Assembly (NCBI GenBank): GCA_963674965.2
Contig: CAXXFL010000005.1
Location: forward strand, 128,001-192,000
Direction of reading: 5' to 3'
Source of the DNA: a bacterium
GTDB lineage: Bacteria > RBG-13-61-14 > DATKZS01
Length of the DNA: 64,000 nucleotides
The notes under the pieces were generated by a model. It was given only the letters and a program-made list of their open reading frames with translations. It did no database searches and was not told the origin of the DNA. Each line of letters starts with the position of its first letter. Position 1 is the first letter of the stretch. The position numbers and the translations under genes were made by a program. Positions 1 through 12,000 of the stretch are shown piece by piece.

Positions 1-429
1 TTTCCCGAACGACTCGTAATCGGCTATATAATCCAAAACGCCCATGGCGTGGGCCATGTCGAATCGATCCTCGAACTCCATTTGCATGAAGTCGCCCAGC
101 CGGAAGTCTCAACGTTAGGCGACCCTTTCCTCCTTGGCGGTCCGGCAGGCCAGGCCGATCATGCCAGAGGCGAAGTCTATTCCCGTTACTTTCGTCGCTG
201 CCGCCTTGGCGAGGGTTGTGCAGTAAACGCTCGTGCCGCGTCCTACGTCAAGGAAGGATTTACCATTTGCCGACATTGCGTGTTTTATCGTCGTTTCCCA
301 GCGTTGTTTCAGTCCTCTTCTGAAGACGCCAACAAAAAAACCAAGGGTCAAGCTTCCTCCATGGTAATGCCCTCCCCATTGTAGCGCGTTATCACTGAAA
401 TATTCCAGCACGCTCTCGCCGTCGTTCAA
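1..429 (-). pseudogene. Class I SAM-dependent methyltransferase, disrupted by two in-frame stops; runs off the left edge
   Basis: FLDVGRGT and VTGIDFASGM motifs. The frame continues past TAA (115-117) and TGA (109-111) as DFRLGDFMQMEFEDRFDMAHAMGVLDYI, typical methyltransferase motif II/III sequence. Confidence 0.75.
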
Positions 430-1680
430 TTATTTCTTTTCCATGCAAGTCTTTTGTTTTATTGGAACGCCCTTTGCCACGTCGCTGACCATGGAAAAGA
501 GTCTTTCCATTAAAAGTTTCCTGTCATACTCGCGCTCGGCGAGCTTCCTTGCGTTTTGCGACATTCTCTTACGCCTGGCGGGGTCGTTTTTCAATTCCCT
601 CACCAACCGCGCGAAATCATCCGGGTCCCCGGCGCAGGCGGACACGCCGGCCTCGTTATTTTCCAGTATCTCCCTTTGCCAGCCCCCATAGTTTAATATG
701 ACTGGCCTACCCGCCGCAAGATAGTCAAAAAACTTGTTAGCGCTGTTGATTTCCATCGTCTTGTTGTTGATAACCGTTGACGCGCAAAGATCGGCGGCCG
801 CGAGTGCCTCTGGCATGGCGGATTTCGGCAGCGGATCGATAAACGTCACGTTTTCTAGCTTAAAATCCCGCGTTGATTCTTTTAATTTCTCCTTGGCCGG
901 CCCGTCTCCAATAAGCACGAATCTTACCGCCTTATCCGCGTCCCACGTGATCTTTGCCGCGTCGATAAGGTAATCCAGGCCATGTATGGTACCCATGGCC
1001 CCCGCGTACATGACGATAAAGGCGTCACCCAAGTCGTTTCTTTTCCTGAACGACGCTCCGTCAAAATCGGGGTTGAAAACGTGGTTGTCGCTGCAGTTGG
1101 ATATCACTTTGACCTTGTCGGGATCAACGCCGTGGGCTATCACGCCCCCGCGCATTCCAGGCGAGAGCGCGACTACAAGCCGGGACCTTTTATATCCCAG
1201 CCGGGCAAGGCGCATGAGGCCCCAAATTAGAGCGCGGTTTCGGATCAGCCCCAGACCGGCGACCTGCTCAGGCCAAAGGTCCCTTATCTCAAAAACCAAC
1301 GGCCTCCCATGCCACCAGGATAAAATGATACCAGGAACAATAACCGTGAGCGGCGTTGATGACGCGTATATAACGTCCGGTTTTGGCAACCCGAAGCCCA
1401 AGACGATAGATTGAATCAAAAACCAGAAAAAAGAGATTGATCTTCGAGGCAAGCTCATTTTTTGAGAATATTTTAACTTAGCCAATCGAAGGTTAATTCC
1501 CTCAATTTCAAGTGTACCTTCTTTGACATTTCGCTTAGACTTGGAATCCAGCAAGACTGGCGAGGTTAGAACGTCCACGTCCCATCCCTTTTCTCTGAAA
1601 GTCCGCGCCAATTCAAAGGAACGGGTGCTTACGGACGATTCTAACGTAGCGAAATATTGGATAATATATAAAATTCTCAT
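430..1680 (-). CDS. Glycosyltransferase family 4 (WbuB-like)
   Basis: MRILYIIQYF start, FEIRDLWPE, YAGAMG..HGL, NKFFDYLAAGRPV. Confidence 0.9.
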   Translation of the reverse strand: MRILYIIQYFATLESSVSTRSFELARTFREKGWDVDVLTSPVLLDSKSKRNVKEGTLEIEGINLRLAKLKYSQKMSLPRRSISFFWFLIQSIVLGFGLPKPDVIYASSTPLTVIVPGIILSWWHGRPLVFEIRDLWPEQVAGLGLIRNRALIWGLMRLARLGYKRSRLVVALSPGMRGGVIAHGVDPDKVKVISNCSDNHVFNPDFDGASFRKRNDLGDAFIVMYAGAMGTIHGLDYLIDAAKITWDADKAVRFVLIGDGPAKEKLKESTRDFKLENVTFIDPLPKSAMPEALAAADLCASTVINNKTMEINSANKFFDYLAAGRPVILNYGGWQREILENNEAGVSACAGDPDDFARLVRELKNDPARRKRMSQNARKLAEREYDRKLLMERLFSMVSDVAKGVPIKQKTCMEKK

Positions 1681-2107
1681 GAATTGGCTTCCCAAACCAC
1701 GCTATTGTCCCTCACGCTTTTAATAATTATAAGTCTCCAAGTATTGTTCGAGTCAATGGTGGAAAATCCCATACTTATCTTCTTTTCCATTATGTGAGAT
1801 GTAAATTTTTTATGCAGGAGATGGTCATTAAACAAACTCGCGGAAAATCAAACGTTTTATTACTCACATGATGAAAATAATCCACCTTTACATCTGCGAG
1901 TTGGTCTCCCAAAAAACTAATATTTGAGTGAGATTCTAACAATATACAAGTTACAAAGCGATTGTCAAGCCCTCGGGGAATGATACCATGGGACACATGA
2001 GAAAGGGCGCTTCAAACTCAACTTATTACACGGTCACGGGAGCGCGACTTTGCCGCTGCAAGCGTTCGTAATCCATGCGCCGGCAAAGAATTCCCTTCGC
2101 CCGATCT

Positions 2108-3163
2108 TCACTTGGGACCGCCAAGCAGATCGAGCGCGGCCTTTGCAACCTCTGTCGCCTCGACGTTTACAAGGCAATCTTTGCCGCAGGCCTTAGGATA
2201 ACACGGCGCCTCGGGGCAATCGTACACGATCAATATCTCGTTTTCTCGACTCTCGGGCGCGCATCTTTTCACCGACGTGGGTCCGAATATGGATACTCTT
2301 GGGACGCCGACCGCCGCGGCCATGTGCATCCAGCCGGAGTCCGCCGATACCATGAGAGGAGATTGGGAGACGACGGCTAACAATTGCCGTATGGGCAAGT
2401 TCCCGCTAATCCCTCTGGCTCTATTATCGTCCCGGGGCAGGATTTGTCTGACCAGGTCCGACTCGTCGGGTCCCCCGATCACCAGAAGATTTGACTGGGG
2501 AATTTCGCGCGAGATGATTTGCCACAACTCGCGATACCGCTCGGTGGGCCATCGCTTGAAAGGATTGGCCGCGTCGCATCCGGGATGGAAGACGATCGGG
2601 GCGGGGCCTTCCTTGAAATTCTCCTTAATCCATCGCGCGGCCGCGGCTTCTTCATCAGCGGACAGTAAAAGCTCGGGTGGACTCGGGTCCGGCTGGAGGC
2701 CAAGGCTTTCCGCCAGTTTTCTGCCGATCTCGGCGAAGCCGGTCTGGTATGGGACGTCCAGCGGATGGGTCAAGCCGATAGTGCTCCATCCGTCGGCCTC
2801 TCCCAGGCTCATCCCGACGCCCAGGCCCCGTGCCCATAGGGAGGACGCCATAGTAGAGCCGCCCGGAGCGGCGATCATGATATCGAAACGCTCGGGTCGC
2901 AAACTCGCGATATGCCTGAGCCTCCGCGCGCCGCGGCTCGTGGAGGGGACCTCGTAAAAAACATCAACCAGGCCGAGGTTCTCGATTATTGAGCGGGTAT
3001 GGGGCGAGGAAATCGTGGACCATATCTCGGCCTTGGGCAAGCTTTGCCTCAAGGATCGAAGAAGGGGAACGTTCTCGACCACGTTTCCGATTCCCTGATG
3101 ATTAAGGACGAGTATCTTCTGAATTTCAAACGGCGGCTTTATACGGCGTGGCCCGCGATCCAT
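2108..3163 (-). CDS. Glycosyltransferase family 9 (LPS heptosyltransferase-like)
   Basis: GIGNVV..P.L..LR, HPG...KRWP, DSGWMHMAAAVG.P..SIFGPT. Confidence 0.9.
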   Translation of the reverse strand: MDRGPRRIKPPFEIQKILVLNHQGIGNVVENVPLLRSLRQSLPKAEIWSTISSPHTRSIIENLGLVDVFYEVPSTSRGARRLRHIASLRPERFDIMIAAPGGSTMASSLWARGLGVGMSLGEADGWSTIGLTHPLDVPYQTGFAEIGRKLAESLGLQPDPSPPELLLSADEEAAAARWIKENFKEGPAPIVFHPGCDAANPFKRWPTERYRELWQIISREIPQSNLLVIGGPDESDLVRQILPRDDNRARGISGNLPIRQLLAVVSQSPLMVSADSGWMHMAAAVGVPRVSIFGPTSVKRCAPESRENEILIVYDCPEAPCYPKACGKDCLVNVEATEVAKAALDLLGGPK

Positions 3164-3620
3164 TGCAGTTCCTCATTTCCATTCTTGTCCAATATCGCTT
3201 TTGACTGAAAGGTCCTCCATACCGCGGCACTTTTTGAAACCATAAAAATACATAGCAATAAAGAGGATTAAACTATGGTAGGCGCATCCAGCCCGTTCAG
3301 TCAAGTGTTGAGACATTCTGCCCGCTCCGAACTCGCGGCCCAAGTCAGGAAAACGGGGCCGCTTATAAGGCCATTTCCAGGGACCGTTGGGATATCTAGA
3401 GATTCATCAATAACCCTAAACAATATCTCACAATCAAGCCCCTCGTGGGCGCGAGCGAGAACGCGCCGCTCATCCGGATCTGGAATGCGCGTCCTTGATC
3501 GCCATTTTGAATATTAAGTGGCTCCATAAGAAATTTCAGGCCGGCTGTTATTTATCGCCCTTGGCCTCCATGCTTCGGATAGACCTCTTTTATGAGCGGA
3601 GGCTCAGCCAATACAGAATA

Positions 3621-5018
3621 TTAAGTTATCTCTGAAAACTTGTCCGTGGCGCGCGTGGGCACTTTCTCGAAAGGGCGCGCCGCCCGAAGTTTCCCGTGCT
3701 CGGCGTTAATTTGTCTGGGAATGGTAATCGCTCCTTTATCAGCGTAGGTAATAGCGCTAACGCTTGTAAACAAACCCGTCAAGGCCCAAACATATGCATG
3801 ATACACATATCCATGAGTAGTAAAAATAAACAATGAAACCGACAAGTAATGAAACGCCAACGTGAAAACGAGAGGCCTTTTCATATTTACTATAATATTT
3901 TTTAACGGATAGATATTCGCGAGCAATAGAGTCAAAAAGCCCAGTAGCCCCAACTCCGCCAAAGCCGAAATATACACGCTATGAGCCGCTTGATGGTCAT
4001 TAAGCTCGTAAAAAACGTCAGTCTCCTGGAAAGACCTTGGGCCGCCCCCAAACAGAGGATTGTCTAAAAACATTCTTATCCCCTTTTGAAAAAGAAGAAT
4101 TCTAGGGTCCATTTTATTTTCCTGTATGGGCGCATACGAGTATTGCGCCTCTTGAGACTCATCTACAAAATACATGGTTATCCGCTCGAACGATTCTTTT
4201 TCGGAGGCCAATTGGATGCCGTAACGTATGGGTAGCATTAAAAACGCTAAAATAAATACGACTTTAAATTTTCGTTCCCACGCCATGAGTGACGCGAATA
4301 GAAATACGGCCGCAAGCAGTCCAGACCTGCTCATTGAGAGAATAAGGGCCGGAACGGCAATGATCGAAAACACTATCGCCATGGTCCTGACGATCAGAGC
4401 TTTCCTAATATTTTTGGTGACCACGCGGGCGTTGCCATAAAGATAATAGCAGAACGCCAATTGGTTTACGGAAGCAAAAGCCAGTGAATTTGCATTAACG
4501 TGCATCCCAAAGACTCTACTTGTTGCCATTAAACGATTAATGTCAATGGTAAAGTAATATATTATCGTCGATAAATTTAACGCCTGGGCCAAACCCAGAA
4601 GCGTGTCGAAAAAATATATACAGGAAATTATTAGCAAATTTATCGCTATTTGTCGTTCATTCGTGCAAATCACCGAGATGGCGCCGTAGCAGATAATAAT
4701 CCCCAATACTTGGCTGATAAAAATGGGAGACGGTGAGTTGGAACCGGAAGCGGAAAATAGATTGACCATAAAAAACAAAAAAGAAAAGAGAAGTACGATT
4801 GGCAAAACTTTATAATTTATCTTTGGCCTAATGAAAACGATAATGATAAACACGGCGGTCATTGAGAACTTGTACAAACTATGACCCTCATATATCGTGT
4901 AATATTTTAGAGGAAAAGTAAGCAGCGAAAAAATGACGCAGACTGCAAGCCAAGGCCTTTTAATCATGGCGATTAATAAAATAAATATCACGAATAGGGT
5001 AATATAATAAATAAGCAT
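3621..5018 (-). CDS. O-antigen ligase/polymerase family membrane protein
   Basis: Many TM segments, SMSRSG, NPLFGGG, AHSVYISALAELGLLG; AT-rich coding sequence. Confidence 0.85.
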   Translation of the reverse strand: MLIYYITLFVIFILLIAMIKRPWLAVCVIFSLLTFPLKYYTIYEGHSLYKFSMTAVFIIIVFIRPKINYKVLPIVLLFSFLFFMVNLFSASGSNSPSPIFISQVLGIIICYGAISVICTNERQIAINLLIISCIYFFDTLLGLAQALNLSTIIYYFTIDINRLMATSRVFGMHVNANSLAFASVNQLAFCYYLYGNARVVTKNIRKALIVRTMAIVFSIIAVPALILSMSRSGLLAAVFLFASLMAWERKFKVVFILAFLMLPIRYGIQLASEKESFERITMYFVDESQEAQYSYAPIQENKMDPRILLFQKGIRMFLDNPLFGGGPRSFQETDVFYELNDHQAAHSVYISALAELGLLGFLTLLLANIYPLKNIIVNMKRPLVFTLAFHYLSVSLFIFTTHGYVYHAYVWALTGLFTSVSAITYADKGAITIPRQINAEHGKLRAARPFEKVPTRATDKFSEIT

Positions 5019-5036
5019 GGTAATGTAACTTTAAAT

Positions 5037-6146
5037 CTATGCCTGTTGATAAACTTCCTCATAACCCGCGACCATCGCCGCGAGACTGAAACTTCCAAGC
5101 GCCAGTTCCCTCGATCTATTACCGAATTCCATGGCCAGGCCCGCGTCCGAGGCGAGTCTGACCATGGCCTTGGCCCCCGCCTCCGGGTCGCCGGGAGGAA
5201 CCAGAAAACCGTTTTCCCCGTCCCGTACGATCTCGCCGATCCCTCCCACTTGGGAACCCACCAGCGGCAGTCCACAGGCCAGGCCCTCGATGAGAGAAAC
5301 GGGCAGACCCTCGCGATAGGACAACAGAAAAAGCGCCCGCATCCTTGACAATTGACTCGATACGTCCCGTACGTGGCCCGTAAACTCCACTTTATCGGCT
5401 ATACCCAACTCCCTGGCCAAATCCTCCATTTGACTCTTCAATGGTCCGCCGCCTACCAGAATTCCCTTGATCGGGACCTTGGACTTTTCCATGGCCCTGG
5501 CAAGAGATCTCAGGAAGACGTCCTGCCCTTTTCCATTGGTAAATTGAGCCACCGTGCCGAAACAAACCTCTCCGTCCAAATCTTTATCACGCTGATGAAA
5601 ACGCTCGGTATCGACTCCGTTGACGATCTTTTTTAATTTCCCCCTGGTAAAGGCCTTTTTTTGCAAGGCCTTATAACCATTTTGACTCACGGCGACGATA
5701 ACCTTGGCTTGAAGGAGCGTAAAGGAATCAAGCAAGGTAAGAACGCGCTTTTTCAAGGAGGAAAATAAATAATCGGAAATCAGACTCGGCCGGGTGACGA
5801 TGAAGTCCACGCCCGAAAGCGCGCAGGCCCAGGCCGCTTGAAAGTCAAGCGATATAGGACCTTGGGAATGGACCAGATCAGGTTTCAATTCTTTGATCAA
5901 CCTATAAAGTCTCCAAAAAGCCGTCGCGTCCTTCCAGCCCGCCGACTCGAATGGAATCAACTTGACGTCCCGGAAGGAGCGAAATTCTTCCACCAATGTA
6001 CCCCGGGGCGAGTAAACCACCGCGTACTCGAGGGATTTTTCGCGCCTCAGGCGAAGGAATTCCTTGAACCTCATCTCGGGACCGCCAACTCCCCTTTCAG
6101 AGCCGTAACCGCCGGCGTGCGAGACTAACAGCATGATTAAAGGCAT
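5037..6146 (-). CDS. Glycosyltransferase family 4
   Basis: NGVD, KGQD, EGLPVSLIEGLACGLP (E-x7-E motif). Confidence 0.9.
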   Translation of the reverse strand: MPLIMLLVSHAGGYGSERGVGGPEMRFKEFLRLRREKSLEYAVVYSPRGTLVEEFRSFRDVKLIPFESAGWKDATAFWRLYRLIKELKPDLVHSQGPISLDFQAAWACALSGVDFIVTRPSLISDYLFSSLKKRVLTLLDSFTLLQAKVIVAVSQNGYKALQKKAFTRGKLKKIVNGVDTERFHQRDKDLDGEVCFGTVAQFTNGKGQDVFLRSLARAMEKSKVPIKGILVGGGPLKSQMEDLARELGIADKVEFTGHVRDVSSQLSRMRALFLLSYREGLPVSLIEGLACGLPLVGSQVGGIGEIVRDGENGFLVPPGDPEAGAKAMVRLASDAGLAMEFGNRSRELALGSFSLAAMVAGYEEVYQQA

Positions 6147-6524
6147 TGATATATACGTAATGTCCGGGCCCTGAAAAAGTACAACCGATTATGGCCCCGC
6201 GATACCGGTAAAAGCGCCAAAATAAAACTGATTGACTTCCCCAAGGGTCCCCGCTCCAAATTTAAAACGAAATATAGCACACTTTCGGCCGGATTGTCCA
6301 TAAAGTTATGAATGTCCCGAAACTTTATGCCGACCTTCTGGGAATGAGAATCAATGTCATTTCCCGCGCCATCACACATTTATTCCGATAAGGCTGAAAC
6401 GTTTTACAAAGGCGCGTCTCCTTATATGACAATTAAACTGGCGATGAACGCCGCGGAACGAACATAACATTCGATGAAGTTCATTTATCATTAATTCCAG
6501 TGATTTACAAGAAAGGCCCACGCG

Positions 6525-7967
6525 ATGGAAAGCATCATTCATTTGGCCGCTGCCAAGACAAAAACCAAAAGCCTGGATTGGGAAAAACAAGAAGAGAAAG
6601 GCGCGCCGGGAACGAGAGGCGATGTATGGAAAATAATTCTCGCGGCGGTTTTAATAACCCTAAGCCCAGTGACCATGGCTCGATCCGCGGGTCCCTCCCC
6701 CTTAAGCCTCGATGAGGCCATACAACTGTCGATGCAGAACAATCCCCGGCTGAAATCCTCGGACTCGGAGCACGAGGCGGCCAAGGCCCGCGTGGACATG
6801 GCCAAGTCGGGTCTATATCCGCAAGTGGCGGTGAGCGAGACCTTTACTCGCACCGACAATCAGATGTGGGCCTTTGGGACGAAACTCAATCAGGGCCGCA
6901 TAACCACGCTCGATTTCGACCCGGCCGCGCTTAACGATCCTGACGAAATCGACAATTTCAACACCACCGTCTCGGCCGTTTTGCCTCTTTTCGATTCCGG
7001 CCAGACCTGGATCGGGATCAGCCAGGCCGGGATGGCCGAGAAGGCCCAGGCCAAGGTAAAGGAAAGAATCCGCCAGGAGGTTATCGCCGAGGTAATCCTT
7101 TCCTATTCGGGAGTATTGCACGCGACCCAAAGGCAAAAGGCCGTCATGAGTTCCCTCGAGTCCGCCAGGGCCCGCTTAAAGCTGATTAACTCGCTTTACG
7201 ACGCTGGCCTGGTCGTAAAAAGCGACTTCCTGCGGGCCAAGGTGTGGGAGGCGTCGCTCGAAAGGGAAAGACTTGCATCGGAAAGCGATATCGCGGTCGC
7301 CCGATCGGCCCTCAACGCCTCGATGGGAGTGCCCATGGACGGCGTATACGAACTGACGAGCGAACTTGCCGGTGAGGCGCCAATCCAGGGCGATCTCGAC
7401 TACTGGATCGATAAGGCCCTTGCCTGCCGGCCGGACCTCGAGGCAGCCAGGATTCAATCGAGCCTCGCCGACAAGGAGGTGGAAAAAACAAAGGCGGCTT
7501 ACCTGCCGTCAGTTTACGCGTTCGGCAAATACGAGATAAACACCGAGGACTTCGACGATACCTCCGACAATCGCACCGTGGGAGCCGCGGTAAACGTGGA
7601 CCTGTTCGAGGGCTTCTACCGAAGTTCCAAAACAAGGGAGGCCAAGGCGAACGGGCAAAGCGCCAAAAGCATGGGCCACGCCCTCGAGCTTGGAGTCGAG
7701 TTCCAGGTGAGAAGGGCCTACCACCGGGCCATGAGCGCCCGCGCCGGGATTGACGTGGCCCAGGCCGCCGTCGAGCAGGCCCGGGAGGGCCTGGACATCG
7801 TGGCCGACCGCTATGAGACCGGCCTTTACACCATAGTGAACCTGATCGACGCGGAGGCCTCTCTGCAGGAGGCAAGGACCGCCTGCCTGGCCTCCCGCTA
7901 CGGATACGCGGCGGCGAGGGCCGAGCTGCTCCTGGCCGCGGGGGCTCTCGATGTCGACTTCGAGTGA
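6525..7967 (+). CDS. TolC family outer membrane efflux protein (start uncertain)
   Basis: LSLDEAI...NNP, LPLFDSG, YETGL...LIDAE; first gene of the MFP-RND operon. Confidence 0.88.
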   Translation: MESIIHLAAAKTKTKSLDWEKQEEKGAPGTRGDVWKIILAAVLITLSPVTMARSAGPSPLSLDEAIQLSMQNNPRLKSSDSEHEAAKARVDMAKSGLYPQVAVSETFTRTDNQMWAFGTKLNQGRITTLDFDPAALNDPDEIDNFNTTVSAVLPLFDSGQTWIGISQAGMAEKAQAKVKERIRQEVIAEVILSYSGVLHATQRQKAVMSSLESARARLKLINSLYDAGLVVKSDFLRAKVWEASLERERLASESDIAVARSALNASMGVPMDGVYELTSELAGEAPIQGDLDYWIDKALACRPDLEAARIQSSLADKEVEKTKAAYLPSVYAFGKYEINTEDFDDTSDNRTVGAAVNVDLFEGFYRSSKTREAKANGQSAKSMGHALELGVEFQVRRAYHRAMSARAGIDVAQAAVEQAREGLDIVADRYETGLYTIVNLIDAEASLQEARTACLASRYGYAAARAELLLAAGALDVDFE

Positions 7968-8017
7968 TATCGCGCGGGAAGAAAGCGGAGATTGAAAAGG
8001 ACAAAGGAGACTGACCG

Positions 8018-9085
8018 ATGAAAAAAGAACTAATTTTACTCGCCGTTCTGGCCCTGGCCGCCGGCTCCGGCGGTTGCGGACATATAAAGCCCGGCAACGC
8101 GGCCCAACGGCCGCCTTCCCTCCAGGGCCTCACCATACTCGAGGCGCGAATATCCAGCGAGCCCATCGCTCGCGAGTTAACGGGAACGGTCAAGGCCGGG
8201 ATCATGGCCGACGTGGCGCCCGAGCTTTTCGGCGAGATCATCGAGATTCGCGTCAAGGAGGGAGACGCCGTTAAAAAGGACGGCGTTCTCGCGGTCCTGG
8301 ACGGGGAGAAGGTCGCCGCTCAAGTCGGAAGGGCCCGGGCGGCCAGGTCCCAGGCCGCCGCCCAGGCGCGCCTGGCCAATTCGACCTACTCCCGTTTCAA
8401 GGAGTTGAAACGGAGAGGCTCGGTGAGCGACCAGGAGTACGACGAGGTCCTGGCGCGGCACGGCCAGGCCTCGGCCGGCCTGCGCGAGGCTGAGGCCGCG
8501 CTGGCGGCGGCCCTCGAGATGGAAAAGGACGCCATCATAACCTCGCCGGTGGACGGAGTGGTCACGGCCAAACTGGCCGACGTGGGCGACGTGGCCTCGC
8601 CGGGCGTTCCCCTTTTCGCCGTCGAGACCGAGGGCGGATACAGGGTCGACTTCACGGCCCCGGAGAAACTCCTTGGGTCCATCAAAAAAGGCATGAAGGT
8701 CAAGGTTATTAGCGACTCGCCCCCCGGGACGCTCGACGGAGTCGTCTCGGCGGTGTCGCCCTCCACCGACCCCAGGAGCAGGAGCTTCCTGTCCAAGGCG
8801 GACTTGCCCGAGGACGCCCGGGTGGTTTCCGGCTCTTTCGTGAGGGTGATGGTCCCCCTTGGCGACGAAAGGGGAATCTCGGTGCCCCAATCCGCCCTGG
8901 TCCGGCGCGGACAGCTCACCGGTATCTATATCGCCGACAAGGACGGGATCGCCAGGTGGAGAATCCTGCGGACGGGCAGGGATTTGGGAGAAAACGTCGA
9001 GATAGTCTCGGGCCTCGAGGAGGGAACAAGGTACGTGGCCGAGCCTCCCCTTACCTTAAGCGACGGCGTGAAAATAGGTGGGTAA
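8018..9085 (+). CDS. RND efflux periplasmic adaptor (MFP), lipoprotein
   Basis: Lipobox-like GGC, VKEGDAVKK, ITSPVDGVV, VPQSALV. Confidence 0.92.
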   Translation: MKKELILLAVLALAAGSGGCGHIKPGNAAQRPPSLQGLTILEARISSEPIARELTGTVKAGIMADVAPELFGEIIEIRVKEGDAVKKDGVLAVLDGEKVAAQVGRARAARSQAAAQARLANSTYSRFKELKRRGSVSDQEYDEVLARHGQASAGLREAEAALAAALEMEKDAIITSPVDGVVTAKLADVGDVASPGVPLFAVETEGGYRVDFTAPEKLLGSIKKGMKVKVISDSPPGTLDGVVSAVSPSTDPRSRSFLSKADLPEDARVVSGSFVRVMVPLGDERGISVPQSALVRRGQLTGIYIADKDGIARWRILRTGRDLGENVEIVSGLEEGTRYVAEPPLTLSDGVKIGG

Positions 9086-9088
9086 AAC

Positions 9089-12000
9089 ATGAGACAGCTA
9101 AGGACGGGGGCCGCCGGCAAGATAGCCAAGGCCTTTATAAACTCGAGGCTGACTCTTCTCATAGTCCTTACCTCGGTGGTGCTCGGGCTCTTCGCCATTC
9201 GGAACCTGCCCCGCGAGGAGGAACCCCAGATAATCGTGCCCATGATCGACGTCTTCGTCCAAATGCCGGGGGAAAGCGCCAAGGAAATCGAGCAGCGGGT
9301 AACCAGGCCCATGGAAAAGCTGATCTGGGAGATACCGGGCGTCGAGTACGTTTACACCACCAGTTATCCGGGGCTTTCCATGATGGTGGTCCGGTTCCTG
9401 GTGGGGGAGGACGAGGAGAAGGCCATCGTCAGGCTGCAGAGCAAGCTGCTGGCCAACTTCGACCGCATACCCTACGGCGCCTCGCCTCCGCTGGTCAAGC
9501 CCCGCTATATTGACGACGTTCCCATATTGGCGCTGACCTTCTGGGGCGAGGGCAAGGACCACTACGAGCTTCGCCGGGTGGCCGCCGAGGTCGAGTCCCT
9601 CATCAAGCGGGAGGAGGACGTCTCCATTACCGACGTCATCGGGGGCTATAGAAAAAGCGTCGAGGTAATACTCGATCCGTCCCGGCTCGCGGCCCATGGG
9701 ATCGATCCCCTTACCGTCAGGGACATGGTCGCCGCCAACAACATCGAGACCGACCTCGGTTCCCACCAGGTAAAGGGAGAGGAAATAAGGTTTCACGCCG
9801 GCGGGTTCCTGCGCGACGCCAATGACGTCAAGCGCGTGGTGGTCTCCGCGGCCGACGGCCGGCCCGTGTTCCTGGGCGACGTGGCCGAGGTGATCGAGGG
9901 GCCCGAGGAACCCAAGGATTACGTTTTCCTCGGCGTGGGTCCCGCCGGGGAGGCGAAGGGACTCGAGTACTCGAGCGGATCGTACAAGAACCATCCCGCC
10001 GCCACCATCACCATGGCCAAAAGGAAGGGGACCAACGCCATCGACGTGGCCAACCGGGTCCTGGAAAGGGTCGAGGAAGCCAAGGGCGTGTTGATACCCG
10101 ACGACGTCAACGTCACCATCACCCGCCATTACGGCGAGACGGCCAAGGAAAAATCGGACGAGCTCCTGTTCCATATGGCCATCGCCATAATATCGGTCAC
10201 CATACTGGTGGGCTTCGCCCTCGGCTACCGGGAGGCGGGCGTGGTCATGCTGGCCATACCCGTGACGCTGGCCCTGACCCTGGCCGTGTTCTACTGGTAC
10301 GGCTACACCCTGAACAGGATCACTCTTTTCGCGCTCATCTTCTCCATCGGCATCCTGGTGGACGACGCCATCGTGGTGGTCGAGAACATAGTCCGTCACT
10401 TCCGCATGCCCCAGAACCAGGGCAAGCCCTTTATTAAAGTGGCCATCCGGGCGGTCGACGAGGTGGGAGACCCGACCATACTGGCCACCCTTACCGTCAT
10501 AGCCGCCATCGTGCCCATGGCCTTCGTGGGAGGACTGATGGGTCCGTACATGCGGCCCATACCGGTGGGGGCCACCGCCGCCATGATCTTTTCCTTGCTG
10601 GTCGCCTTCATCGTAACCCCCTGGGCCGGGACCCTGCTATTAAAAGGGGAAATGGAAGGACCTTCCCATTCCCCCGAAAGCCAGGGAAAGGAGGGATGGT
10701 CCACCCGCCTCTACAGAAGGGCCATGACTCCCCTTATCAACAACCCCTTTTACAGATACGGGTTCCTCCTGTCCGTTGTCCTTCTCCTCCTCGGAGCCAT
10801 GCTCCTCGTGGCCGTCGGATGGGTCAAGGTCAAGATGCTTCCATTCGACAACAAGAGCGAGTTCCAGGTCGTCATCGACATGCCGGAGGGGACCACCATG
10901 GAAAAAACCGCCGCCGCGGCCATGGAAATGGGAGACTACCTGAGAGCGGTCAACGAGGTGACCGATTACGAGATATACGTGGGCTCCGCCTCGCCCTTTA
11001 ACTTCAACGGCCTGGTGAGGCACTCCTATTTGCGGCAGGGACCCAACGTGGCGGACATACAGGTAAACCTGGCCGCCAAGCACGACCGGACCGCCCAGAG
11101 TCACGAGATAGCCAAGAGGGCGCGAGGTCCCCTCAAGGAAATAGCCGACCGGGCGGGGGGCAAGGTCAAGGTGGTCGAGGTGCCTCCCGGGCCTCCCGTT
11201 CTGTCCACGCTGGTGGCCGAGGTTTACGGGCCCGACTACGAGAGGCAAATCCAGATCGCGGGACAAATCAAGGAGATATTCGAGAGCACCCCCGGCGTGG
11301 TGGACGTGGACTGGTACGTCGAGGACGATCAGAAAAAACAAAGCCTGGTGGTGGACAAGGAAAAGGCCTCCCTCCACGGCGTCTCCGCGGCCCAGATCAA
11401 CCAGACCCTCGATCTGGCCCTGACCGGAAGGGCCATCGGACTCATCCACGCCCCCGAGGAAAAGGAGGACGTGAAGATATTCCTGCGTACTCCGCCCTCG
11501 CAAAAAGCCGGCGTCGAGCGCGTGGCCAACCTTAAGATAAAGGCCGCCGACCAGAGCATGGTCCCCCTTTCCAGCCTGGTCAAGGTCGAGGACTCGACTA
11601 TAGACAAGGCCATATACCATAAAAACCTCGTGCCCGCCGTCTACGTCCTGGGGGACGTGGCCGGAGAAAAGGAAAGCCCCGTTTACGCCATCCTCGAGAT
11701 GTGGGAAAAAATCGACGCCATCGAGCTGCCCGAGGGTTATAAGATCGAGCAAAACACGGCGTCCATTCCCCGTGACGCCAACAAATACGCCATGAAATGG
11801 GACGGCGAATGGCACATCACCTACGAGGTCTTCCGGGACCTGGGCATCGCCTTCGGGGCGGCCCTCCTCTTGATCTTCGTCCTGGTGGTCGCCTATTTCC
11901 AGAGCTTCTCCACCCCGCTCGTCATTCTCGCGGCCATTCCCTTCTCCCTGGTCGGCATCCTGCCGGCTCACGGCGCAATGGGAGCGTTCTTCACGGCGAC

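Noticed and set aside
109-111. In-frame TGA as possible selenocysteine
   Set aside because: A TAA lies two codons upstream in the same frame and no SECIS is evident; a pseudogene is the simpler reading
9098-11971. Long antisense ORFs (e.g. 9098-10399, 10640-11971; also 34750-36216, 38213-39772, 56078-57433)
   Set aside because: Shadow ORFs of high-GC3 sense genes with no recognisable motifs
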